In this document: piece by piece, positions 1 through 8,087 of the stretch | Position numbering within the stretch: the stretch's first letter is position 1 | Layout: every line of letters starts with the position of its first letter | Source: a virus | Taxonomy: Duplodnaviria; Caudoviricetes | Virus record (IMG/VR): IMGVR_UViG_3300037589_000020 | Span: 1 to 28,676 of that record | Reading direction: 5' to 3' (one strand) | Length of the DNA: 28,676 nt | The notes under the pieces: generated by a model | Told to the model about the DNA's origin: nothing | The model's database searches: none | What the model saw: only the letters and a program-made list of their open reading frames with translations | Position numbers and translations under genes: made by a program

Positions 1-2
1 TG

Positions 3-371
3 GGTGGCGTTGCTGGCTGTTACAAACGACGTGCTACCGACGGTGAACTCCAGCGGGGCGGGCAGGGTGGTTCCGGGCGTGCCGGTAAGCTTGATGAACC
101 CTTGCGCCGGGACCGCCGGGTTGGGGTAGACGCCGTCCAAAGCCGCTTGCGCTTCCAAGTTGACTGCGCAGGCTTGGCGGGGGTCGCGCTCCTTCCACGC
201 CTGTTCTGTAAGGGCGTAGAACTCCTCGGCCATGGCGTAGTTAAGCGCCACGGCGTACCATTCGTTGGACTCCGGAATGACCGCCCCGCCGCCAAGCACG
301 GTGGACGAAAACATGTCCTTGTAGCGGTCGAACAGCTCTTGAGGGTCCGGACGTTCAATATTGCAAGCCAT
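3..371 (-). CDS. Baseplate J-like wedge protein (Mu gp47-like), 5' part only; runs off the window
   Basis: Not in the ORF track. Hand translation from ATG 371 (TAATG-coupled to the upstream stop) gives MACNIERPDPQELFDRYKDMFSSTVLGGGAVIPESNEWYAVALNYAMAEEFYALTEQAWKERDPRQACAVNLEAQAALDGVYPNPAVPAQGFIKLTGTPG..., open to the edge. Position after the gp46-like gene fits. Confidence 0.8.
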   Translation of the reverse strand, partial: MACNIERPDPQELFDRYKDMFSSTVLGGGAVIPESNEWYAVALNYAMAEEFYALTEQAWKERDPRQACAVNLEAQAALDGVYPNPAVPAQGFIKLTGTPGTTLPAPLEFTVGSTSFVTASNAT

Positions 372-976
372 TACTGCCACACCCATTCGTTAACGGCCCG
401 CGAAGCTGCGAGGCCGACCTTGGCGTCCCCGTAGGAGGTGCCGTAAATTTCAATATCTTGCTGGAAGCGCCCGTCGCCAAGGTAGGCTGTGGTCACCTCT
501 ATGCGGTTTGCTACGCCGCGCGTAACCATGCGCTCAAGGGTCGCCTTGGCGTAGGCGGTCAGCAGGGCCTGCGCCTCGATTACGCGGCCCTGCGGCGGGA
601 TGGTGCGGAGCAGGGTGCCCACGCTGTCGCCTGCCATGTAGCTTTCGGACCAGTGCCCGCCCTGCGAGCCGGGGCGGTAGCCGCAGGAGGTATCCTGTGC
701 GCGACCGTCGGTCATGAGCATGTTGATGGCCAGACCGCGGACCCAGTTTTCGGTTGAGATTGTGGCACCGTCGCAGTCTTGGCAGACCATCTGTTGAACC
801 TGTAGACCGGGGCGTCCGCACTGGAAGCCGCAGTTGTTGGCCACCGGGGCGGGCGGCTGCGGGCACTCCTCGGTGTAGAGGTTTTTCGGCGGCGCGAACG
901 CTGGCACGCACAATTCGGGCTGGGTAGCCCAAAACAACCGGCGGCGGTGCGGTGAGGATTCGTTGCAGACTGCCAT
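371..976 (-). CDS. Baseplate protein, Mu gp46-like (sheath initiator), with Cys-rich N-terminal extension
   Basis: gp46-like core (LMTDGRA...GGHWSESY...VGTLL...A.AYAKATLERMV..GVA..IEV); lies between spike and baseplate J; 8 Cys. Confidence 0.75.
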   Translation of the reverse strand: MAVCNESSPHRRRLFWATQPELCVPAFAPPKNLYTEECPQPPAPVANNCGFQCGRPGLQVQQMVCQDCDGATISTENWVRGLAINMLMTDGRAQDTSCGYRPGSQGGHWSESYMAGDSVGTLLRTIPPQGRVIEAQALLTAYAKATLERMVTRGVANRIEVTTAYLGDGRFQQDIEIYGTSYGDAKVGLAASRAVNEWVWQ

Positions 977-1587
977 TAGGTAGGCGCTCCTGTGCTTCCC
1001 GGACCAACCTCAACCCCGCCGTGGGTGTGAGTGTCGCCCACGTTGGTTCCGTTGTGGGTGAAGGTGCCGCCTGTTGCGGCGAAGTTGCCCTCAACCTCTA
1101 GGTTGCCTGTCACCTTCAGGTTGGGCACCACAATCTCGGCGTCGGGCCTAATGTTAATGGTCACGGCACCGCCGTTCACAACAACCTCAACTTCCTTGTT
1201 GTCGCCCAACTTGTAGTTGCCGTCCTTCAGCCACGTCTCGTCGGCGTTGTATTCCAAGCGGCGCTCGGGGTTCTGGGGGTGCTGTACGCCGCCGGTCCCG
1301 GCTGGCCACTGGAACGCCTGATCGCGTGGGATGCAGGGCAGCGCCACCTTGTCGTTGACGTCGCTACCAAGGCTGAACATGACGACCTCGGCGTTAGCAT
1401 CGCCGCCGCCTAGGTTGAAGCTGTAACCGAAGGACAGGATGGGAACTTCCAAGTCCTCCGTGCCTGTGCCCCGCACCCGCATCATCTGGCCTGCGCCGGG
1501 CACGTCCTCGCTGCCACCCCAGACGCCGCGTTCCACGTAGTCCTGAGTATCCCGCAGCGAGGAAGGGTATCTGGTGAAGTCGCTCAT
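976..1587 (-). CDS. Baseplate central spike (Mu gp45/P2 gpV-like)
   Basis: Beta-helix-like V-x-G repeats (LKVTGNLEVEGNFAATGG) and C-terminal metal-binding HxH (THTHGGV); synteny. Confidence 0.85.
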   Translation of the reverse strand: MSDFTRYPSSLRDTQDYVERGVWGGSEDVPGAGQMMRVRGTGTEDLEVPILSFGYSFNLGGGDANAEVVMFSLGSDVNDKVALPCIPRDQAFQWPAGTGGVQHPQNPERRLEYNADETWLKDGNYKLGDNKEVEVVVNGGAVTINIRPDAEIVVPNLKVTGNLEVEGNFAATGGTFTHNGTNVGDTHTHGGVEVGPGSTGAPT

Positions 1588-2906
1588 TGTGGTCCTGCGG
1601 CTCCTGTGAAGCTTGGCGGAAGCGATGTCGGTGCGCGCGATCGGCTCCGCTCAATTGTGTCAAGTATCTTGGACTGGGCCTTGGTGTTGGCCGCTTCCTT
1701 ACCCACCAGACGCGGACCCTGCCAACTGTCGGCGAAGTTGCCGCTGACGTCGTACTTGCCCTTGCGTGTGTTGGCAATGTCCGGGTTGCTGTCCGGTAGC
1801 GAGCTCAGCGCCCCGGTGGCCTTCGGCTTAGGCTTGACCGGCGGCGGGGCTAGCGTAAGCGTGGTCTTCAGCGTCTTGTCGTTGGAGATGTGGTAGGTTA
1901 GCTCCACAACTTCAAACTCACCGAACACCCCGGCGGGCGGGATCTCCACGTAGTGCTTGACGCCGATATCCCAAGGGGCACCGTCCGTCTGCTGAACGTG
2001 GAACACCTCAACGGTGATACGCTTGGACTCGCTGGCGCGCTTGTTCGCCTCGTAGTTTGCCCGGCGCTCGAGGAGCTCGTCTGTGGCCTCGCCGTAGTGC
2101 TGAACAGTGATAGGACTGAACAGCTTGGTTGCCTCGTCAGCCACCCGTTGCAGGGTTGGCACAACCGCAGCTTCGCCCCACTGCTCAGGGCGCGTCAACT
2201 GCCCCTTAACCAGCACCTCGGACCGTTCGGTGTCTGCCGCTTGGTCCGTGCTGAAGCTGAGAATGTTGGTGCCTAGGGAGATGGGTTCGCCGCTGGCCTC
2301 CGGTGGGCCGTCTGTAACCTTGAGGGTGCCCTCGCGGCTTTCAAAGACGTACAGGCTGGTCATTTCGGCCAGCCGCTGGATTTCGTCCACCACCCGCGCC
2401 CCGTCCCGCAGGCGGTGCCGGTGTAGTTCAATTTCGTCAGCCTCCCACTCCACCTCGAGGCCCCAAGGGCGCAGGAAGTCGTCAAACAGGCCCTTGTTGG
2501 ACGGGCGCAGAACGGTTGTGGGGTTCTGGTGGCTACTGTCGATCAGGGCGCTGGTTTTGCCCCGGCAAGACATCTTCACGGTGTAACTGTCCGCGCCAAT
2601 GCTCAGCGAGGAGCCAGACCCTGTGTTACCGCCCGTGAACCGGCCACGGCTGTCCCGCGCTTTCTTGACCCCGGTGTCCTTACGCCGGTCAATCTTGCCG
2701 GTGAACGCCAAGTGACCGCCAATGTAGACAAGCACCTCCTGCCCGCGCGTGACCTCTTCCAGAACCGGAGCTTCCGGTAGCCACCCCATGAACACATCAA
2801 TGTCTAACTGCCCGGTCAGCTGGTTCTTCGAACGCTTGAGCGTCAGGCCGGTGCAACCGATGAGCTCCTTGCGGTCGATGAAGATGTGGACAGGCTTGGC
2901 AACCAT
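1584..2906 (-). CDS. Baseplate hub protein (Mu gp44/gpP-like)
   Basis: 440 aa with EVLVYIGG..AFTG.ID and LGTNILS motifs; lies between the gp43-like gene and the spike. Confidence 0.8.
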   Translation of the reverse strand: MVAKPVHIFIDRKELIGCTGLTLKRSKNQLTGQLDIDVFMGWLPEAPVLEEVTRGQEVLVYIGGHLAFTGKIDRRKDTGVKKARDSRGRFTGGNTGSGSSLSIGADSYTVKMSCRGKTSALIDSSHQNPTTVLRPSNKGLFDDFLRPWGLEVEWEADEIELHRHRLRDGARVVDEIQRLAEMTSLYVFESREGTLKVTDGPPEASGEPISLGTNILSFSTDQAADTERSEVLVKGQLTRPEQWGEAAVVPTLQRVADEATKLFSPITVQHYGEATDELLERRANYEANKRASESKRITVEVFHVQQTDGAPWDIGVKHYVEIPPAGVFGEFEVVELTYHISNDKTLKTTLTLAPPPVKPKPKATGALSSLPDSNPDIANTRKGKYDVSGNFADSWQGPRLVGKEAANTKAQSKILDTIERSRSRAPTSLPPSFTGAAGPQ

Positions 2907-4093
2907 TAGACGGTTCCTAGAACGGGGCTGGCCAGTCGGCCAACGGCCCCGGTTGAGTTGGTGGTTTCAAGTTGGCGGTGCCGCTTGGCGTCGCCGAAGA
3001 TTGAGTAGGCTGCGACCAGCGGGTGCACGTTGCCCACGAAGTCAAACTCAACAAGGCCGGGCGAGTTGTACGCCTTGTCGTTCAGGCGGGCCTGCACGTC
3101 AGACCGGAACTTGGACATCTGCAAGAACAGGTCGTTCTGGCATGTGCTGCGCGCGTATTCCATTTCCTGAGTAATGAGCGCGTAAATGATGTCAGACTGC
3201 TCGAAAATGGCAGGCGCGCTCAGGTCCGCCGCCTCCATGGCACCTTCGGCCATGTAGGCCGCAGCGAGGGTGCGAACGTGACTGTAGACCGCGTTCTCCG
3301 CCTCACCAGCGGTGGCCGCGAAGCTGGATTGCTTGGACGCCCCGTTGGCTATCTGCCGGAAGGCGTTGAACTTGTCCACGCCGCGCAGCTTCAGCGCTAC
3401 GGCATTCATGCCAAGCGACAACGCCCGGTCCATGGTTTCCGTGTTCTCGGCCTCGCTGTCCACGTTCTGTACGTTGCGCATTTCGTAGACGATGCGGTTG
3501 CGTTCGTCGCTGGTGGCCTCCGTGGTGGTGGCTGCGACGTATGCGTTCGTAACGCTACCGACCTGCTCCTGAGCCGCGTTAACTACAGCGTCCTGACGGA
3601 ACGCCTGAACCTCGGTGGGGCGGTAGTTGGCACTGAAGGACGCCCGGCTTGCCGTGATGAGCGGCGCGATGGCCAGCCCCAGAACCTGACCCAAAAGGGA
3701 CAAGCCGTTGGGCCAGTTGTTCGCCTCAACGAACTCCATGTCCACGTAGGTGACGCCCTGCTCCTCTTCCACCTTGTCGGTGACCTTGAGGGAGCGAACG
3801 GCGGCGCTCAGGATGACGCCGCGTGTTGGGTGTACCAGTGGACCGGGTCCGGGAAGCTCGCAGGCGGCAATGAGGGCCGCAGCTTCCAGGACGTGAGCGT
3901 TACTGTCAAACCGGGCGCTGATGGAGTAAGTCCGGATACGCCGACCGAGGTCGGCGTACCCAGTTACTTCGCCAAAAGGAAATTCCCCCTCAGCACCTCG
4001 ACGTCCGTGTTCGGACGTAACCTCCATGGCCTTGAACGGAACCGCCTTGAACGATCCGGGCAGATATGGTTCGGTGTAGCAACCTTTAGCCAT
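2906..4093 (-). CDS. DNA circularization-domain / tail tube initiator protein (Mu gp43/N-like)
   Basis: N-terminal SFKAVPF...GRR...EFPF...DLGR...GPGPLVHPTRG signature; immediately follows the tape measure gene. Confidence 0.88.
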   Translation of the reverse strand: MAKGCYTEPYLPGSFKAVPFKAMEVTSEHGRRGAEGEFPFGEVTGYADLGRRIRTYSISARFDSNAHVLEAAALIAACELPGPGPLVHPTRGVILSAAVRSLKVTDKVEEEQGVTYVDMEFVEANNWPNGLSLLGQVLGLAIAPLITASRASFSANYRPTEVQAFRQDAVVNAAQEQVGSVTNAYVAATTTEATSDERNRIVYEMRNVQNVDSEAENTETMDRALSLGMNAVALKLRGVDKFNAFRQIANGASKQSSFAATAGEAENAVYSHVRTLAAAYMAEGAMEAADLSAPAIFEQSDIIYALITQEMEYARSTCQNDLFLQMSKFRSDVQARLNDKAYNSPGLVEFDFVGNVHPLVAAYSIFGDAKRHRQLETTNSTGAVGRLASPVLGTV

Positions 4094-4101
4094 AATTCAC
4101 C

Positions 4102-6723
4102 TTAGAAGGGCAGAGCGCGCCCGGTGTCCAGTTGGGGGTTAACCGGGGCCTCGTTGACCCCGACTCCGATTTGAAGATCCTGCAGAACCTGCAGGGTGGC
4201 TTGGCCTATAGCTTGCCCAATTTGGGGCGCAAGCGCAAGCAAACCTTGCCCGGCAACAGGGCCAAACTCCTCCGCCGCCTGTCCAATTTGGGGCACCGCG
4301 ATGTCGGCACCGTCAGCGAACGCGGTCGTAAGGTCAGAAGGAGTTGCCGCGAACTCGTTGAGTAGGGCACTGACTCGGTCTTCTCCAAGCCCGATGTCGC
4401 GAAGGTCGTCGGCGATTACGTGCTGTTGTCGAACGAAGTCGTTAATGGCGGCCTCGCTGCGACCTTCCATGTGCATCTTCTCAGCGTTCAGTTCCATGAC
4501 CGCAATCAAGCGATTGACCTTCGCAAAGTCTATCATCGCCGCTTGCTGGCCCATGCCATACTGAGTCCGGTTAAAGATCTCACGGTTCATGGACGCCTTA
4601 GCGTCGCGTTCAGACTGGCGAGTAACCAACGAGTCAGTGACGGATTCGCCAAGCCACTTGTCGGAAAGGTCTTCCAGCCAACGGTTCCACCCTGCGGTGC
4701 GCTCCACGGTGGCCTCCAGTTCGGCATCGATTACCGTCTTACGCTCCTCCTCGGACAGTCCCATGAGTTCCATGTCGCTGGACACGCCTGCGGCACCGGC
4801 ACCGGCAAGCGCAAGGGCCGGGACGTAACGGAGCAAACTGCCAACGCTGGCGGACCAGGAACGCCCTTTACCGCCCCCGGCACCCCTACCCGCCCCGCCA
4901 ACGGTTTGCGCCCCTGCGGCCCGCTGTAGGGCCGCTGCGGCGGCGTTGAGGTTGGTCGCGCTGCCTGTCAGGGCGGCGGCGCTTCCGGTCAACGGGTTAA
5001 GGGCGTTAAGGGCCTTCTTACCTACGACGGCACCCGTAGCGACAGCGGCTGTTCCTCCGGCGGTCACAGCCAAAGTACGGGTCAGGCTGCCTTCCCCGTC
5101 AGGGCCAGAGATGAAGTTAGCCAACGCGCTGAACCCATCGGCCACCGTGTTCATGGCCGGGATCAGCACTCCTTCGGCGGACCGAGCAACTTCCCCGAGG
5201 ACGTTTGTGAACTGCCCGCCTGCCTCTTCCAAGGCCAGGAGTAGGGACTTGTCCAGGATGGCGTCGACTGTTTCATCACTGGTGTCCTTGGCCAGCGCCC
5301 GTGTCACGGTGTCTTCAATCTCCGCGTTACGAAGAATGATCGCCGTAAGTTGGTCGGTCGCTGTTCTGTCGCTGGTGATGGAACCGGCGAACCGGGCCGC
5401 GTCAACGGCGTTGGCAGGGTCAAAGCCCGCCTTGCGCATGACAGGGATCACATATTTGTTGACCCACGCCGCAGGGTTCTCTCGAAGCTCGTCCTCGCCT
5501 ACGGTGCCTTCAACAATGATTTCTGTGACAGGCTTGCCACCTTCGGTCCCGGTTACGATCTCGCGGGAAGACACCAGACCCAACTCAATGAGCCGCGACA
5601 TCTGCTTCTTCTGGATGCGCTCGCCGCTCAACTGTTTGATGAGCTGGTTGATGCCCACACCGGCGGTGGAACCTTGCTCTTCCGCCAGCAACAGGGACGT
5701 CAGGAAGCCGCGTTCATCCAGACCGAACTTGGATGTTCGCAGGGACTTGGTCAGGGTGCGCACAAGGTTGGCGTCAATCTCACGGCCAAACTCAACCATA
5801 CCCTTGGTGAGCAGGTCAAAGAACTGGTCAATGCCTGCACGGTCGATGTTGCCTTCGGCGTCGGTAAACCGGCCCGCGCTCTCACCGGCCTTGGCGAACA
5901 GGAACGCCCGGTCAATGGCTTCCTCGGCTGTGGAACCTAGCGCAACCTGAAGCTCGGCCATGCGCAGAATCTCGCGGCTGACAAGCCCCAAGGCTTCTGC
6001 GTCGCCACGAACAACCGGAAGAAGTTCTGCCAGAGACCCTTGGATTTCGCCACGGGTGAACGACTGGAACTCACCGGACAACTGAGCGCTGAGAGAACCG
6101 ACCTGCGCGGCCTGTTGCGGGTTCAGGCCCTGCAAACCGAGCCGAGTACCGGCGACGTCTTGAGCAGAGGCACCGCGTTCAAAACCACGGATAACCGCCT
6201 GTTCAATGGTCATGCCGAGCCGTGCCCACGAGTTGCGGAGCATCTGGTCAAGACCACTGTAATCCAGCCGGACCCGCTGGCCCCCGGTGCGTGGCGTGGT
6301 CTGTACCGACCCCGCAACTTGCGAGTTGATGTTACCTACGATGGGGCGGACGTGGACTGTGAATTTGTGAGCCTTCAGGGCTGTACGAAGGTCGCGCGCG
6401 AAGGCTGCCACAGACGCCTTGGTGGCGGCGGGCCGGACTGCGACTTGAAGGTCGCCGCCCTTGAGGCTGTTACGCACACCAGCCAGCGAACCAGCTTTCT
6501 GGATGCGAACAGAGATGGTCTTGCTTCGCGGCAACCGGCGAAGCTGGTCACCGAGACGCGTAACGTCCCGGATGGCCGCAGTAATGCCGGTCATTTTGAT
6601 CGGCATGGACTTGAGGCGATCGGCGGTCTTGTGGAGCTTGTTCAGCTCCTTGTTGACCTTCCGGATATCCTTGGTGGCCTTGTCCTTGACTAGGAGCGTG
6701 GCCTGTTCAACGAAGTTCGCCAT
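4102..6723 (-). CDS. Tail tape measure protein
   Basis: 873 aa, Ala/Gly-rich and helical, with hydrophobic stretches; follows the chaperone genes; no Cys. Confidence 0.9.
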   Translation of the reverse strand: MANFVEQATLLVKDKATKDIRKVNKELNKLHKTADRLKSMPIKMTGITAAIRDVTRLGDQLRRLPRSKTISVRIQKAGSLAGVRNSLKGGDLQVAVRPAATKASVAAFARDLRTALKAHKFTVHVRPIVGNINSQVAGSVQTTPRTGGQRVRLDYSGLDQMLRNSWARLGMTIEQAVIRGFERGASAQDVAGTRLGLQGLNPQQAAQVGSLSAQLSGEFQSFTRGEIQGSLAELLPVVRGDAEALGLVSREILRMAELQVALGSTAEEAIDRAFLFAKAGESAGRFTDAEGNIDRAGIDQFFDLLTKGMVEFGREIDANLVRTLTKSLRTSKFGLDERGFLTSLLLAEEQGSTAGVGINQLIKQLSGERIQKKQMSRLIELGLVSSREIVTGTEGGKPVTEIIVEGTVGEDELRENPAAWVNKYVIPVMRKAGFDPANAVDAARFAGSITSDRTATDQLTAIILRNAEIEDTVTRALAKDTSDETVDAILDKSLLLALEEAGGQFTNVLGEVARSAEGVLIPAMNTVADGFSALANFISGPDGEGSLTRTLAVTAGGTAAVATGAVVGKKALNALNPLTGSAAALTGSATNLNAAAAALQRAAGAQTVGGAGRGAGGGKGRSWSASVGSLLRYVPALALAGAGAAGVSSDMELMGLSEEERKTVIDAELEATVERTAGWNRWLEDLSDKWLGESVTDSLVTRQSERDAKASMNREIFNRTQYGMGQQAAMIDFAKVNRLIAVMELNAEKMHMEGRSEAAINDFVRQQHVIADDLRDIGLGEDRVSALLNEFAATPSDLTTAFADGADIAVPQIGQAAEEFGPVAGQGLLALAPQIGQAIGQATLQVLQDLQIGVGVNEAPVNPQLDTGRALPF

Positions 6724-6920
6724 TAGCGCCTCAACCTTCTTCTAGCGGTCTTACCACCGCCGCCGCCCGTCTTGGGGTTGGCTTTCTTTGCCACCTTGTG
6801 AAAGGAGTTCAGACGTACAGCCAGAACCCCAAGTGGCAGCGGTCGCACGTCGCCGATATAGCCGGAGTGGTAACGGTACTCCTCGACCTTATCAACGACG
6901 CGACGGGCTGCCCTTAGAAA
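6723..6920 (-). CDS. Tail assembly chaperone frameshift extension (gpT-like), -1 frame
   Basis: Open frame without ATG (FLRAARRVVDKVEEYRYHSGYIGDVRPLPLGVLAVRLNSFHKVAKKANPKTGGGGGKTARRRLRR*). It fills the gap exactly and ends in a TAATG overlap with the TMP start. Confidence 0.7.
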   Translation of the reverse strand, partial: FLRAARRVVDKVEEYRYHSGYIGDVRPLPLGVLAVRLNSFHKVAKKANPKTGGGGGKTARRRLRR

Positions 6921-7507
6921 GCCGGATTCACGTTACGCATGATCCCGACACCGTCCGCAAGGGTGATGCGGTCCAGTGCCCAGCCGGGCAGCACGGTCAA
7001 ACTTTCAACGCCTACCGGGGTCGCTACCTTCGTAAGCAACGCGATCGCCTTGGCAACCTCGTGGTCCGCAGCAAGCACGTCTTCCAGTTCGCCGTAGGTA
7101 CTGGCCTGGAACTCCAACTCGGTGATGGAAATTTCCTTTCCGGAACCGTCCTTCATGTCGATGGACGTGCCCAGCTTGTACAGGATGGGGGAGGCTGCAC
7201 CGTCGCCCTTCTGAACCACCTTACCGGGGGTTCCGCTACCGACGTCCTGCGCATCAATCAGCTTCTTGGCGACCTGAGCGGGCAGTTTCGTGATGTCTTC
7301 GTCAGTGGGCACCAGCGGATCGGAGCCGTTCTTGAAGATGGTCTGTGCCTTCATGCGCGCCCGGTTCAGGTAGACCTCGGGCTTGGCACCGGCGGGCATA
7401 CGGTCCCACAGTTTACCCAGACCTACGAAGGTGAGGGGCATGACTTCGATGGAAGTGACCGGCTTGTCGGCCACTTGGAAAGAAGCGGTAAATTCAATAT
7501 TTTGCAT
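6914..7507 (-). CDS. Tail assembly chaperone (gpG-like)
   Basis: Lies between tube and TMP; ITELEF...TYGEL and 'LDRITLADG' chaperone-like motifs; AGGA RBS. Confidence 0.75.
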   Translation of the reverse strand: MQNIEFTASFQVADKPVTSIEVMPLTFVGLGKLWDRMPAGAKPEVYLNRARMKAQTIFKNGSDPLVPTDEDITKLPAQVAKKLIDAQDVGSGTPGKVVQKGDGAASPILYKLGTSIDMKDGSGKEISITELEFQASTYGELEDVLAADHEVAKAIALLTKVATPVGVESLTVLPGWALDRITLADGVGIMRNVNPAF

Positions 7508-7612
7508 GGTTTCCGTCCTATCGTCCTGCGTTGAATAAGCGCCGCCGCCCCGTTGCAGGACGGGAAAACAGGGCGGCGACTAATCCCTTGCCGGTGGCCA
7601 GACCGGCGAGGG
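7508..7612 (-). promoter_or_regulatory. Structured intergenic RNA: two hairpins plus loop/RBS complementarity
   Basis: Inverted repeats at 7585-7612 and 7541-7580; loop sequence CGUCCUGC is complementary to GCAGGACG next to the RBS. Confidence 0.5.
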
Positions 7613-7614
7613 TG

Positions 7615-8025
7615 TTACGCTGCCGGATCCAGAGAGGTCGGCAGGAGTTCGTCGATCTGCTCGAACGTGGCGGTGAGGGTGACCTCGTGCCCGTCAGAGC
7701 TTTCGTCTCCTGTGCCAGTGCCGCGCAGGCCGGTGATGACCAGACCGTTGAAGTGTTCAATTGTGATGTCAACCGACGCACAACCCTGATACAGCGCCAG
7801 CGGGATGCCGGTGTTGCGGATCACGGTCAGGCTGATCTCGTTGTTGCCTTTGGTGCGACGCACGTATCCGCCGGGGAGCGGTTCGTTGCTGTAGTCGCAA
7901 AGGCGGTATTGCGGTTGTTCGTCGCCAGACAGTTCGTGGCTGACGGGGCCGTAGGTTACGTCGTTGTCGCAATCATAAAACTTGATCAGAATGTTGCGAA
8001 CGCCGACCTGATTCTCACATGTCAT
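7615..8025 (-). CDS. Tail tube protein
   Basis: 136 aa, beta-rich, directly after the sheath gene; strong AAGGAGG RBS; 4 Cys. Confidence 0.85.
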   Translation of the reverse strand: MTCENQVGVRNILIKFYDCDNDVTYGPVSHELSGDEQPQYRLCDYSNEPLPGGYVRRTKGNNEISLTVIRNTGIPLALYQGCASVDITIEHFNGLVITGLRGTGTGDESSDGHEVTLTATFEQIDELLPTSLDPAA

Positions 8026-8056
8026 CGGGGTGCCTCCTTACAGGGCGTTGAAGGTA

Positions 8057-8079
8057 GCGGCCCCCGTGGTGGGAGCCGC
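8057..8079 (-). repeat. Conserved intergenic hairpin, copy 1
   Basis: mRNA GCGGCUCCC-ACCAC-GGGGGCCGC just after the sheath stop. Confidence 0.65.
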
Positions 8080-8087
8080 AGGCCGGA

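Noticed and set aside
20-358. 112-aa minus-strand ORF in the track
   Set aside because: Wrong frame; the coupled frame from ATG 371 gives a baseplate J-like protein.
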